Source of the DNA: Euglena gracilis
Lineage: Eukaryota
NCBI GenBank assembly: GCA_039621445.1
Contig: CP154954.1
Span: forward strand, 37,681,703-37,745,702
DNA: 64,000 nt
Direction of reading: 5' to 3'
This document shows, piece after piece, positions 34,680 to 47,900 of this stretch. Position 1 is the stretch's first letter, and every line of letters starts with the position of its first letter. Position numbers and translations under genes: made by a program. The notes under the pieces are model-generated. The model was not told the DNA's origin. It searched no databases and was given only the letters and a program-made list of their open reading frames with translations.

Positions 34680-37600
34680 TGTGATTCAGGGGTGCTGAGT
34701 GCCCAAAACAACATAACCTAACCCAACCCAACCTGATGACTCTGCAGTTAGGATTAGGAAAAGCTTACTAGGAATTGCAAACATTTGACTCCATCTGTCC
34801 CTGTGCAGGGCTCTGTTACTCTGTCTGTCATTCTGTCAGTTTGTTCAAGAATTATCTGGGTATCAATTATTTGGACCAATTATTATCTTACCCTTGGTTT
34901 GGACTTGGGACTTTCTTCCCTTGTGGTTTTCTTGTATAGTTCTGCTGGATTTGCTGATTGCTTGTGGTTTTTTTCTCAAAGGAAAGGTGTGAGCCGACCA
35001 ACCCACCTGTGTTCACCCCAAAAACCCTCAAAAATAAAAGAAAATACAATTTTTAAAACAAGCCGCGGGGGGAATTGAAAACGCATTGGGCAGGGTTAAA
35101 GATCCTACGCAAAGGGGTGCCGGCCCCGAGAAACAGGAAACTCAGGGACAGGCCCCACGGTTACAACATGGTCGCAGAGGTAGACTGCCCTTTTTTGATT
35201 CCCCTCCAACATGCGGCTACGAACAAGAAACTGAAAAACGACAAGAAACTGCAAAAACTGACGCTGACATGCCTGCTGCCTCAACTTCCATCGCTAGGAT
35301 GGTGGAGCCGGCGGATGGCTGCCCAGCCCTGAACCATACACTGGATGTGCCAGCTGCCTTAACCGCCATCGCTAGGGCGGCGGAGCAGGCGGATGGTTTC
35401 CCAGCCATGAACCAAACACTGGAAATTCCAGATACCTTAACCGCCATCGCTAGGGTGGTGGAGCCGGCAGATGGTCTTGCCGCGGTGTACCAGTCACTGG
35501 ACATCAACACGTGGACTGAACCGGAACAAAACGGCACAGATATTACAGTGCCACGGACATGCAATGACAGCCCACATGTCATTGCCATGGTGCACATGGA
35601 CCAGGACGACACTGAACAGACCGGTCCAGCACCAGATTACACAGAACTGGACAAAAACAACGAACCATACTTCGACGAACAGGTGTTTGAACCACAAAAT
35701 TGGTACCAACAGCCAGAAAAGGACACCCAGAACGACCAAAACTGGCAAACTGCAACAGCACAGCAACCAGGAACCCAGAGTTTTGCACTGGGGGCGGTAC
35801 GACAGAGCCCGGAACAACCAGACCGCCTCCAGGGTGAAACTGAAACTTCGTACCAGGAACCATCGTACAACTCGTACGAGACTCCACAGCCGGAACCACA
35901 GAACCAGAACACTGACTGGGACTGGTGGTCAAACTTCGCATACGAAACTGGACAGCTGACCCAGGAATTTCAATAGTTCAGATGTAAAACCGAACAGACG
36001 AACCATACAACGGCAGAAACACTGCAGCAGCTACAGCAAACAACGACAGAACGGGTCAGCGAACTGCATGCAACAGTGCACAGACAGGGCGAAGCACTCA
36101 GGACAGAAATAAACGGCAGGCACGAAGAACTGACGATAGTCCTGGCAACAACGCAAGCAAACATGGCACAGGTGACCGTCAACCAGAACAGGCTGTACCA
36201 GGAACATTTTCACGGAATGTTACAGCAGATCACAGAAATCAGGGAAATGTCTGGCTCACTGGGTGAAAAACTCACGGAATTTCACATTTTTCTGCAGGTG
36301 GCAGGTGGAAATGCACTGAACCAGGGTGAACATCTGGTTGGTTTACTGCACCGACAGCGAGAAAACGAAAAAAAACTGCAGAACTGCAAGAGAGATTGGA
36401 TCTGGCAGAAGAACGGGGCGCAGGAATCACAGGCGGAGTCCAAAAGGTGAACAGCAAAGTGGACGAAACTGTGGCAACAGTGTCCAGAAAAGTTGAAAAC
36501 CTCAGAGGTGAAATCAGCAGTGTGGTGGATAAAATTAAGAAGGACATGGGCAGTGAAATCGGAAATCTGGCAGGACGGGTTCAGCAGCAGGAAACAAAAA
36601 CGACGACAACAATCCAAAACTGTGGTTACCTGCACAAACAACTGGTCGAACTTCAGAAAATCCCAGATCAGCAGCAGCAGATTACACAGCTGAACGAGGA
36701 AATCGGCAGACTGAAACGACAGGTGGAAACTCTGACCTCCAACGAAGAAAAACACAAACAACACACTGAACGTCTGAACCTGGAGGTCGGCAACCTGGGT
36801 CACGGGGTGGACGAAACAGCCCAAACGACTCAAAAACCGCTGGGTGAACTGCAAAAAGGGGCCATTAAAACAGGAACACGTGCCACATCTGAACATGCCA
36901 AATGGCTGGAAATGAAATCTGCCATTGGCTCAATGACAACCAGGGTCGGTCAACTGGAAGCAAAACTGGCTGGTCTGACAACAAAAACTGCAGAACGAGA
37001 AGCACATGACAACGGCATCTGGCAGCATTTACATTTTCTGACCACGGAACTGCAAACACAGCAGAAACGGTGCACAGAACAGCTGGTGACCATGGGCAGA
37101 AAAATCAGTACTGTGACAAAAGCGAATGGAAACCTGACTGAAAAACTGGAAAGGCAAAGCACCCAGCAAATCACAACCCCCTGCCATAGCCTGGCTGAAA
37201 TGCACAAACTTTTTGAAAATTTAAGCATTTCCCCTTCGCCCAGCCTGCACAGGGGCCTTCGGGCCAGAGACGGGGGCCAGCCCGCTGTCCAGTGGGCTTC
37301 CCTCGAGGACCCAGTCTGGACAGCCAGGAGCAGCCACAACGGCCCATCGAACAGAACAGCCTCCCCACCGGAGTAAACAGGGCCGCGGGCCAACGGGGAT
37401 CTGGGACCTCAAAACCCCAGAACCAACCCCAGGCAGCCCTGAGGGGCCAACCCACAGGACAACACAGGACGGGGACCCTAGAACCCCAGGCTTGGCCAAA
37501 GGGGATGGGGACCCCACAACCCCTGGCCCAGCCACGGCAAGCCCTGAGGTGCCAGCCCGCAGGAAACCAAGGGACGGGGACCCCGGAATCCCAGGCCTGT

Positions 37601-38100
37601 CAAACGGGGACGGGGACCCCACAACCACTCACAGGTACGTTCAGCCAAAGCAGCCAGCAGTGGGGGAACGAAACACCACACCCAAAAATGGAAGGAGGAG
37701 CTGCAGCACTGGGGACCGTTAACCCGGCTTCCCTTGTGGGGCAGCTCATCCAGTAGGAACTGAAAACCGCCTTGACACCACTAATCGCCGAGCTGACTCG
37801 ACAGACAGAACAACGACAGACTGTAGTGCCGACCAGCCCAGCACTTACGACAAACCCGACAAACCTAGCACCACCACAGCCAACCCAGCCGACTCAACAG
37901 ATTTCACAGCCACTGACGACACAACGAAACCCACAGACACGGGCTCGGAGCTTTTTCGTGTGGGCAGACGAAATCGAAACTCAGAACACAGCCACAACAA
38001 CCTGTGTGCGCCAGGTCACGTTCCCTCAGGGAGCACGATTTTTCGGCAGAGGGGAGGAGTCGTGCCGGGGGACCAAGTGGCCCATCACAGCCTTTTTGCT
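34680..38100 (+). mobile_element. Probable 5' part of another retroelement: TGTG-starting leader plus long Q/T/E-rich coiled-coil (gag-like) frame
   Basis: Starts abruptly inside the satellite with TGTGATTC; ORFs 35086-35976, 36076-36450, 36396-37376 and onward; ~78-bp repeats at 35290-35480 and ggggaccc repeats at 37400-37730; no diagnostic motif. Confidence 0.45.
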
Positions 38101-41049
38101 GTGTGGGTACCCAGACCGGTGCACGCTGGAGGAGGTGACACGAAGGTGTGGGGGTATGTCGCGCATGCAACACGTGACCCGCTCCCGGTGTACGGGTTTG
38201 GCTCATTCCACGCACAAGCATGGAATGATGGATTTCTTGATGGAGACGTGGCGGAATCGCCGTGTTTTCAGAGAATTTGGTTCCCGTAATGGGAAATTCA
38301 TCTGAAAACTGGGTTTGGGTTGTGAACAAGTCCAATGGTGGCACAATTCGCGGAATCACGGATTGTGACACTCGGGAAACGAGTGGTGGTGGTGCATGTG
38401 CACCCAGAGCCGGGTTATGGGAACGCAACTCTGGAACATTTGGCGCATCTTCGGAAATGCATACTGCCGAATTGCGGTGTGAAACCCGTTGTTGGTTGGA
38501 CACATTATCCAAACCCACAGACGAGTCATGCACACTTTGCTCCAAAAGCTCCCTCTCCCCCCCCCCCCCCCCCCCCCCCCCCCCACACGAGTTGGAGTTG
38601 GCCGCAAATACGGTCAACTTCATCCTCCAAAGCGCGAATACGCTTGCGGTAACGGGAAAAGTCATCCAAGTGCGGAATCCTTTCGTAAATTCCGGTAACG
38701 TCTTGGACAAGTTTCCCGTCAGACTTATCCAGTAATTGGAGTTGTCCCATTAATGCTTTTACAACATTTGAGAGAAGCTGCAAAGGTGATGTCACCTTGG
38801 GTGGTGTGGTGGTAGGTGCAACCGGTGCGGGATAACCCGACAACGCGGTTGTGGTCCCCACGTGCAATTTTCCGAATTGTGGCTTATCCAGAAACTCGGA
38901 AATTCGCTCATCCAACCTGGTAATCTCACTGTGTGGATCAGGCATTCCGCTTCACCGATTCCTCAAGCCGTAAAAGACTGTTGCAAAAATCTTGCAAGGT
39001 TTCCTGATTGTCAGTGAGCATTTTGTTATAAAACGCCTTGAAATCAGGGTTCTCGGTAATCCGGGAACTGGAACCTGCAGGTAAAGACTGTATTTCCGTT
39101 ACTTTGGTAGAAACCGATATATACCGGGTCTGGAGTTCCCCAATAGCAGTCTGAATACCTCTAATGTCCGGAACTCGGTGGGAAAGTGCGGAATTGCTTT
39201 GCTGAAAACTGGCAAAGGCCGAGTTAATCCCGCCAATGTCTGATTGCAACTGCAACTGCAGAGAATCCTGCCGTTGTGCTACTTCCGCGACTTTCGCGCT
39301 CAGATTGGATAATCCAACCCGATTTGCGCCACAATAGCAGGTTTTCTGCTCCAAACGGGAAACTCGCTCCTCCAACTGCCGCACATACGTGTGGGGAGCA
39401 AAATTCTCGTTGGCTTGTGACTGGAATTGCCGAAACTTTTCCGTTTCGTTGCACAACTGCATAATGCGGTGTTGCGATTCATGGGAAGTTGCGGATAGGG
39501 TAGTGAAATGGCCCATAGACACAAATCCACCACTGTATGTTGTTGCAGACGAGGAATCTCGTTCATGCAACTGTTGTTGCAAATGCAACATCGCGGATGA
39601 ACAGGACTCCATTTGTCCCGATAACTGTCGTAGTGAGTCATGCAAGTGCAGAGGGAGCTGTTGGCACATTTTGTCAAAGGTTTCCCGAAGGTTTGCAAGG
39701 TCATGCCCGCACTTTCGAAATTCCTCTGGCAATATTTGCCAACTTCCTGCAAGTAATTCCAGCACTATTCCGGCTTGGTGAAGACATGTTTTTTGGTTGT
39801 CCTCATCAAACTGGAGCCTTGTTGAGTGCGGTTGCACAATCTTCAACGCATTGTTGCACATGGTTGAATTGCCTCACAAAGAGGTCATCGCCTGTAAGCC
39901 GAGCAACGATATCCTGCACATCCTCAGCAGTGAGGAGCTCCCCAGTGCCCTTACCATAGCCATCCATGGGTTGGGACGTACCAGAGAATTCTGGTACCAC
40001 TAGGCGAGTCTCCGGCTGCAAAGGTAATGCAGGATAGCACCCAAGATCGGTGGGGGTGGCAAAGCTCTATAAGGGCTTGCCGGTGGAAGAACGGGTGGTG
40101 GTTGGAAGAAACACGGGGTCCATCACCAGAGAAACCCGGTAGCGGAAGCACCACGGGTCTCTCCGCTGTGCGCAGCTGCACCGTTGTTGCAGACAGAGGC
40201 GAATAATCCCGTTGTGGCAAGGTGAGTGCGGAAGAGGCCGCATTAGCCCCTGAAGCCAATGATGTGGAGGGCTCATTGCCGACCACTGTTAATGATGACA
40301 AGTGTTGCAATTGTGATAATTGAACCAATTGTGCCTCATTGGCGTGGGAACTGGAAGCACTTTCACATAAAAGCTTCCAATCCCCAGTTTCTTGGTCAAT
40401 GTCTTGCAATGATGCCTGTATCAAGGCAGGATTGAATTGATGGTTGGGGCCTGTGGTTTGCATCTTTCAGAGGACAAAAACAGCAAAAACAATTAAAACT
40501 AAGCAGTTGCGCTGGCACCAGAGGGGCTGTAACGGGTAATACCGTACAGAGCCTTCCGGAGCCTGCTCGTCTGCTTAGACGTTGACTAGAAGCCGGGAGT
40601 GTAATTGGGAAGTGTAATTCCCGGTGGCCTTTCTTTCTGTAAAGTCTGTGTAGGATCATAACCAATCTGCTACCAAGCGTACGTCTGACTCCCAATTCCC
40701 TTTCCCATTTCCCAAAAAGCCTTCGCTTTCGCCTTGTCGCACCTACTTGGGAACTGAAAACCAGAGTAACATAAAATCCCTTTTCCCACTTCTCAAGAAC
40801 CAGAGCACAGAGCAATGCAGGGAGGACGGACTGGATATCCAAGTCCGGTCCGAAGAAAAAGGAAGGACAAAGGGAAAAACAGAATACCACCTGTGGAGAG
40901 AGAAGGGGCACCCATTAGGAAATCCTAATAGGATCTGCATCCATCCGAAGTTCCTCATCGGAAGGGGACAGAAACATACGCCTGGTACACACCCCCCTCC
41001 CATGGCTATGCCCGATTTCCCCTTTGGACCAGGCATTACACGGTACACA
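38100..41049 (-). mobile_element. Family A element 5' part (copy A5): LTR, PBS, N-terminal gag
   Basis: LTR 40676-40991, PBS 40666-40675, gag from 40463 (MQTTGPN...GDW); LQFDEDNQ and PHLDDFSRYRKR shared with 55554-59688. Confidence 0.88.
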
Positions 41050-41745
41050 CGCCGACCTCTAGCCGGGGCAGATCGCTCGTTTTGGAGCGCCGGCGCAGCC
41101 TATTTCGGCCGAAAACGGCCGAAAAATGACGTTTTTTGGGGCGTCCGTTACTTGCGTGCTATTTTGTGCCTCGCGGGCGGTAACGGCTGCGTTTTCCGCA
41201 CGGCCGCCGCTGTCAAAATTGCGACGATCTACCCGCCGCCCTTTGCAACAGTTAGGTAAAGGATCGCCGACCTCTAGCCGTGGCAGAACGCTCGTTTTTG
41301 GAGTGCCGGCGCAGCCGATTTCGGCCGAAAACGGCCGAAAAATGAAGTTTCTGGGGACATCCGATACTTACGTGCTATTTCGCGCCTCCCGGGCGGTAAC
41401 GGCTGCGTTTTGCGCTTGAGCGCCGCTGGCAAAATTGCGGCTATATGCCCGCCGCCCTTCGAAACAGCTGGGTAAAGGGTCGCTGACCTCTAGCCGGGGC
41501 AGCGCGGTCGTTTTTGGAGTGCCGGCGCAGCCAATTTCGGCCGAAAATGGTCGAAAAATGACGTATTTTGGGGGCGTCTGTTACATACGTGCCATTTTGC
41601 GCCTCCCGGGCGGTAACGGCTGCGTTTTACGCACGCGCCCGCGGGCAAAATTGCCGCTATCCGGCAGCAGCCTTTCGCAACAGTTAGGTTATGGATCGCC
41701 GACCTCTAAAGGGGCAGAGCGCTCGTTTTTGGAGCGCCGGCGCAG
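41050..41745 (+). repeat. ~216-bp satellite (about 3 units)
   Basis: Same unit as 32217-34679; ggtaacggctgcg near 41179, 41395 and 41612. Confidence 0.95.
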
Positions 41746-42739
41746 TTTCCCGAACGATCTTGATTTTGCCCAGCCTTCACTCCCGGGGGTCCGTGAGGCG
41801 GTACCGGCGGGTCTGGGCGTAGGCGCTATGGGCTCTGGGGTGAAGGGTAGGTTCGGGATACTCCCCTTCCCACGTAGGATTTTTTCCCGGGGACCGAAGG
41901 CCCTCCTTTTTTGGGGAGTGGTTGGATGGGGGTGTCCGGCTTGGCGTCCCTTCCGGCATTGGGGAGGGATTAGGAAAAGGCCTGGGTGCCCTCTCCTAGG
42001 CTTCTTGTACCCCAGCACCAACACCTTTTTTGCTTGTACAGCTCCTCCTGCGCCAGCAGATAACCATTCTTTGTAATCTTTTGCTTGCTCCGCCCTTGGT
42101 ATTTTTGACTTTCTTGAACTTTTGCACTTTCTTGGCCCCAGCGCCTTTCCTTGAATTCCTGAAATACGTTGAAAATTGATATAATTTGACCTTGGACTTG
42201 ATTCAGCAGGCACAATCTTGAATTGAAACCATAGGTAAAGAGAGGGATCCTGCAGTGAAAAACATCAGAACAGTTAGAAGCCGGTTTGCGCTATTTTGTT
42301 GCTGAATTATTATTATTATTATTATTAGCGCAGTGGTTCGCTATACACAACAGCAGACTGTAATAGTGCCAACGGAAGGTGCAGCGGCCGGTCCGCCAAC
42401 TCTCCTCTTCCTCGGCCTTGCCTCCGGCTGCCGGGCCTGGCCGCTGCCTCTCTCGCCCCCCTGCCACAGAAGCCAGGCCGGGGCTCCCCCGTCCTTCGTC
42501 GTGCCGCTGCCTGGCGTGCCGGCTGCGGGCAGGCTCCTGTGGTCCGGGTGGGGGTGGACACCAGCCAATCCCTGGCCGTGCTCTGCAGGCGTTCAGTGGG
42601 CGTCGCTGCTGACGTCGTCCGGCCTTGCGGGCTGGCCTCAGGAATTGGCTGTACTCGGGCTTTGGCTCTCCTTGGCTCTCCTTGGTGGGTGGTCTTGTCT
42701 GGTTTCGGTTGCCCCCTCCCTTTATGGCTGGCGGTAACC

Positions 42740-43560
42740 CTGGCCGCTTTTCGTCCCCCCCCCCTGGGGTCTGTGCGGCCCCCCTGGGCCGCTTTTCTTG
42801 CCCCCCCCCGGGTCGTGGGCGGTCTCCCCTGGGCCGCTCTTGGGTCCCCTCCCGGGGTCTGGGCGACCCCCTGGCCGCTTTTTTTTGGCCGGCCCCACTG
42901 GGCCGTGCGTGCCCCCCCCCCCCCGGGTGGTCTTGGGCGGCCCCCCTGGGCCGTTCTTTGGCGCCCCCTACCCCCTGGGGTCTGGTCGGCCCCCCTGAAC
43001 CGCCTTTCGGCGCCCCCCTCCCTTGTGGTCCTGGGTGGCCCCCCTGGGCCGCTTTTTTTTGGTTCCCCCCCCTGGGTCGTGGGCGGCCCCCACCTGGGCC
43101 TCTCTTGGGTTCCCACCCCGGGGTCTGGGCGGCCTCCTGGCCCTTTTTTTTTGCCGGCCCTCCTGGGCCGCGCGTGCCCCCCCCCGGGTGGTCTTGGGCG
43201 GCCTCCCTGTGCCGTTCTTCTGCGCCCCCACCCCTGGGGTCTGGGGTGCCCCCTTTGGCAGCTTTTCGGTGCCCCCCACCCCTGGCGTCCTGGGTGGCCC
43301 CCTGGGCCGCTCCTGGGTTCGCCCCCCCCCCGGGGTCTGGGCAACCCCCTTGGGCCTTTTTTCGGCGGCCCACCCCCCTGGGGTCTGGGCGGCCCCCTGG
43401 CCGCCCTGTTGTTTTTTTTTTGCCGGCCCCCCTGGGCCGTGCGTGCCCCCCCAGGGTGGTCTTGGGCGGCCCCCCTGGGCCGTTCTTCGGCGCCCACCCC
43501 CTCCCCTGGGGTCTGGGCGGCCCCCCTGGGCCGCTTTTCGGCGCCCCCTCCCCCGGCAAA
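42740..43560. repeat. C-rich ~45-bp minisatellite
   Basis: Repeated ccccctgggccg...cccccc.gggtctgggcggc. Confidence 0.85.
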
Positions 43561-43618
43561 GGCGCCCACACCCACCGGAGCCCCAGAGCGCCAAGCGAGA
43601 ACCGAAGAGGGCGCAAGG

Positions 43619-44047
43619 AGTGTACGTCCAAAGCTTTCCCTTTTTCCCTTTTTGGGACTTTCTGAAAAAGCCTTTCGCTTTCGTCTTGGTGTGCAGCCTA
43701 CTTATGGTAGGGAAAAGTCTTTGGAGTAACAAAAAGTCGTTTTCCCCTTTTGTTCCTAATTCCCCAAGAGGCAAAGCACAAAGCAAAGACTTCAGAAGTT
43801 TTTTCTGAGATCAAGTTCGACTGTTCTGAGTGATTTTCCCTCTGACAAAACCAATGGTCAAACTTGGAAGTGATTACAGTGAAGAATACCACCTGTAGGG
43901 GAAGGAGAGAAAAGTGCTGACGTGTCCAGGGGCAGATCCCAGAAGGGTCTGCCACGATCTTACCAGCTGTGTATTTCCACAGTGGTGCGACCGTCACAGA
44001 AGCAACTCTGCAGATATCCTACAGAGCTGGGCCGTGCCTGGTACACA
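43619..44047 (-). repeat. 3' LTR of A3 (PPT at 44048-44057)
   Basis: - strand TGTGTACCAGGCAC...GGACGTACACT. Confidence 0.93.
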
Positions 44048-44916
44048 TCCCCCTCCCAGGGCTACGCCCGATTTCCTTCATGGACCAGGGATTCCCAGGT
44101 CCAATCAGGATATCTGACGCTGCCCCAGGTGGGGTTCACTTCTCCATTCGGTGTCTCTCCTTTCCGCACAGTGGCATCCACCCAAAGCCCAAAAACGCGC
44201 AAAAGGTTAGCCGCGTTTCGCGGTTACCTATTAGCCGTTTCGACTTAGATGGGGTGTGAAAAAGCCCACTGTGGGAAACGGGGCTTGGCAGGTTTCCTGA
44301 CAAAGTGTCCCATCCACCCACTCTGGGTGTGCCAAAGGCACGCGTGGTTGGTCAAGCGAATTCGCTGAAAACCGGAGAGGAGAGGTGTGGAAGGGGGGGG
44401 GCAGGCTCCTATCCTGGTCATACCCGGATAGGACTCCTAGGAGGTCATATCCGCACTGGGAAACAAAAAAAGCCTACTTAGAAAACCGACTGCCGGCGAC
44501 AGCTTTGCGGGGGTGGGGGGAAAGTATGGAGGAGAGGGGTGCTGGCTTAGGCCAGAACAGAATTTTTGCTGTCTGGCAGCCGTAAGGGTCCTTAGGGCCG
44601 AAAAATGACAAGTTGGCCTGTTATCACGGCGTGCGCGCTGTGTGCTGTGTGTCACTTAGCGGCTTGCCAGGTTTCCCGGCTGCCAAGGTTTTCACAGCCG
44701 CAGGTCCTTCACGACGCAATAAGATGCGCTTACCTCTTGCAGACGGTTTCCGTCCGCATGGCCATTGGTAGAAGGGGGGGGGGTTCTTGGATGCTTCCAT
44801 CCAGAGCGCAGAGTGTGTGCCACAGACCCAGGTTCATCCCAGGGCTGTTTAGCGATTTCCGCTACCAGTGTATATATATAGTATATGGGTGTCCAGGCTC
44901 CATGACGGCACTAACC

Positions 44917-47900
44917 TTGACATGAGCCCGGTAATGCCGTTTCGGCATTACATCCGTTCCAGCCGCCAATAATCATGGCGGGAGTCCAAGGGATCTTCCA
45001 CAAGGACCATCTGGAATTGTGGTGGTGGTGGCCTATCTACGAGCCAGGTTTCTGGCGATTCGTATTCGAAATCAGGCACCACCCAGTGCCGAACCCATCC
45101 TTCGGGGACTGTCTGCTTGGTTGCGCTCGCTCTTTTTGCGAGGAACCACTGCAGCTTCTCCCAGAATTTCATGGACAGAGTGGCTGGCCAGATGAAGTAG
45201 TTCATCCTTGGATGGTTGGCTGACACCTGCGGGGTGTTCCCCGGGTGGAAGTCAATTGGCATGTGATACACACATTCCGCGCGGACTGTATGGGGTCGTA
45301 ATACGCCACCAAGCCAGTCTTTCCAGGTCGTCCCGTGGTTTTCGGGTGGCCATTGTGGCAGACACCAGCGACCGTTTCGGTCCTGGGTTTGGAACAGGCG
45401 AAAAAGTATCTTTTCCCTGTCTACTGTCTCCCAGAGGGAAGGTAACCTTACTCCTGCTTCCTAAGCAGCGAGGTTTATCGCCCCACTGTCGATCTGCCAC
45501 CCACGGGCCATTCCCGTGTTGCGGTAGTCGTCAAGCTTGAGGCTGTAGTACTTGAAAAAGTCCTTGAACTTTTTGTTCAAGGTGGAGTATTCCTCCAGTG
45601 GCTTCTGGGCACTTGGCACGATTGTGCGAACTGCGCCTTCCGCCGTTTGCCAGAAGGAACCTCGAAGGCAATTGACACAGAGTACTGGTGCATTCGTACC
45701 GTCTCGCTCGGTGTAGCTAAAATTGTGCTTGTGGGTCCAACTGTCCACGCACTTGGCACATACCAAGCTGGGGATGTATAGTCCTTGTGGAACAATTTCC
45801 GATCCACAGTGTTGCACACATGGACGAGGAGTAATCCCAGGTCAGGTGCACTGTTAGACATCTTCTGGCATACAGTGCAAAGCCACACAAAACGGGTTTC
45901 CGTTGTTTTGTCGATGAGTAATTCCTCACCAAAGTATTGGGCCAAAACACGGGGGGATCTGTAATTGTAATAATTCCAGGTCACGTTCTGATCAAAGGAC
46001 CAATTTCATTTTCGGCCCTGACAGAACAGTGGCTCAATCCACCAGTTAAGGCATTGCTGTGTCCTCAGTTTGTCGTCGATCATCATGTACCTAATTTTCC
46101 AGGTCATGAATCTCAGGATCATCCTGAATGACAGCGTTCCAGTCGATGATAACTTCGTCTTCCGAAGGTGTCTCGGCTGTTGAGGCGCGGGATTTTCCCT
46201 GCCCCTTTGGCGGAGGTTTCGGCTGTGAGGTTTTCCCATAGCCGAAGGATGTGACGTGCGTGAATCCTTGTCCCGAGGTTGATCCCCGAGAAGAGCATGC
46301 AGCACTCTGGCCGCCAGCACCACCACCGCCTTTCGGTGGGCGCTGATCACCAGATTTCAGTGTGGGCTTGCAAGGGGCGGCGCCCGGCTTTTATTTTGCC
46401 GGGGCCTTCGGACTTCCGGTTTCCGGAGCATCCGAGGACCGCCGTTCGGCTTCGCGCTTGCTTGCCCAGGTGCGCGGTGACGCTTGGACGGGGGTCTTCT
46501 CCCCGAAGCCGAGCGTCGTTGACCTTAAACAGGGGTTTCCCGAGCTGAGGGTCGTCCTACGCGTTCCTTCGCGGCTTCCGCGGGTTTCCCAGGGGTAGCA
46601 GCGGGGGATGGTGTGGGTGTAGGCTTCGCCGGCGCACTTCGCGCTGGTTGAGCCTGTGGTGGAGGCATGGACGTCCGCTCAGCCTGTTTTCAGGCGCCGG
46701 TGTCCGTGTGCCCGGATGCTTTGGTGCGGCGGCTGTGGATGTGCGCTGAGGTGCGGGTTCATCCCGTGCCTCGGCTGGCGGTACCGGTGCTGATACAGGT
46801 TCCTCCTGTATTGGCACGGCTGGTGTCGTCTCTACTGCCATTGCTGTCTGTTCGCCTTCCGTCCGTGTCGCGTCCGATACCGGCGGTGGCGCCGCTGCTG
46901 GGGGAGGTTCATCCTCCACCATGGCTGTTGTGTCAGGTGTGTCTTCCACCGGTTGGGCAGTTTCCGCCGCAGCTGTGGAAGAACTGGCCGCAGTGCCATG
47001 TGGAGTGACAACTGCGATCAATGATCGCAAACCACCGAGTACGCGTCCGCCCAGCAAGGTGCGCCGTTCAGGTTCTTCATCTGAAGTGGGCTCCTCCGCT
47101 GGCTCCTCTGTCGACTGGGTTTCCCCGGAAACAGGGAGCTTGAGGCGTAATACCTCAGGCGTGTGGGGTACCGTCTCCAGCGGGTTTTCTCGCGGGGGGA
47201 TCGGTCCACCCGGCGTACCCAGTGAGGATGGCGAGGGTGGGACAGGTGTTATTTCGCCTGTCGGCGATCCTGGGTGCTGGGCAGTTTCTGCCACAGTGTC
47301 CAGCATCACGACCGATGGGCTACGGGTTTCCCGTGTTGGGGGTTACGCTGGCTGAGGTTCATCCTCGGCCATTGGGACCGTTTCTTCCTCCTCTTCCGCT
47401 TCCGGAGGGTAGTCCTCTGTGTGGAGTTGTGCTGCGGAACGCGGATCTTTTCCGCTTCTGTAGCACCCTTGTGCATCTGATAGGCGGTAAAAGCTTGTAC
47501 TTTCACTCCTGTCAGAGTTGGGGTATGAGGGCGGCCACGTGGAGGTTGCGGCTCGTCCTCGTTGATCAGGCAGAGGTCTTCCCACTGCGATCGAACGTTC
47601 AATCCCATACCCTGTTTTCCTGTGTCTTCCAGGAAAGAGGGCTAGGGGACCGCATACCGAGTGTTGCTTACCTCGCATGCTGCGTTGAAAGGTTCGAACT
47701 CCTTCCAGTCCAGGATATCCCCGAACTGGGTGTCCAGGTGATCCCGCAGGCCGATTTCTGCCTGCTCCTACATCCGGCCGCAGGTTCATCCTGCTTCGAT
47801 CTGGCTCATGAGGTCTGCCGTCCACCTCGGTGTATCCCCGAGGTAACCACTTCCTGTGGATATCCACATCGGTGGTCATCTGTTCCAGGAAATAAATGTA

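Noticed and set aside
34714-34733. Telomeric repeat (taacctaacccaacccaacc)
   Set aside because: Only about 4 degenerate units, internal
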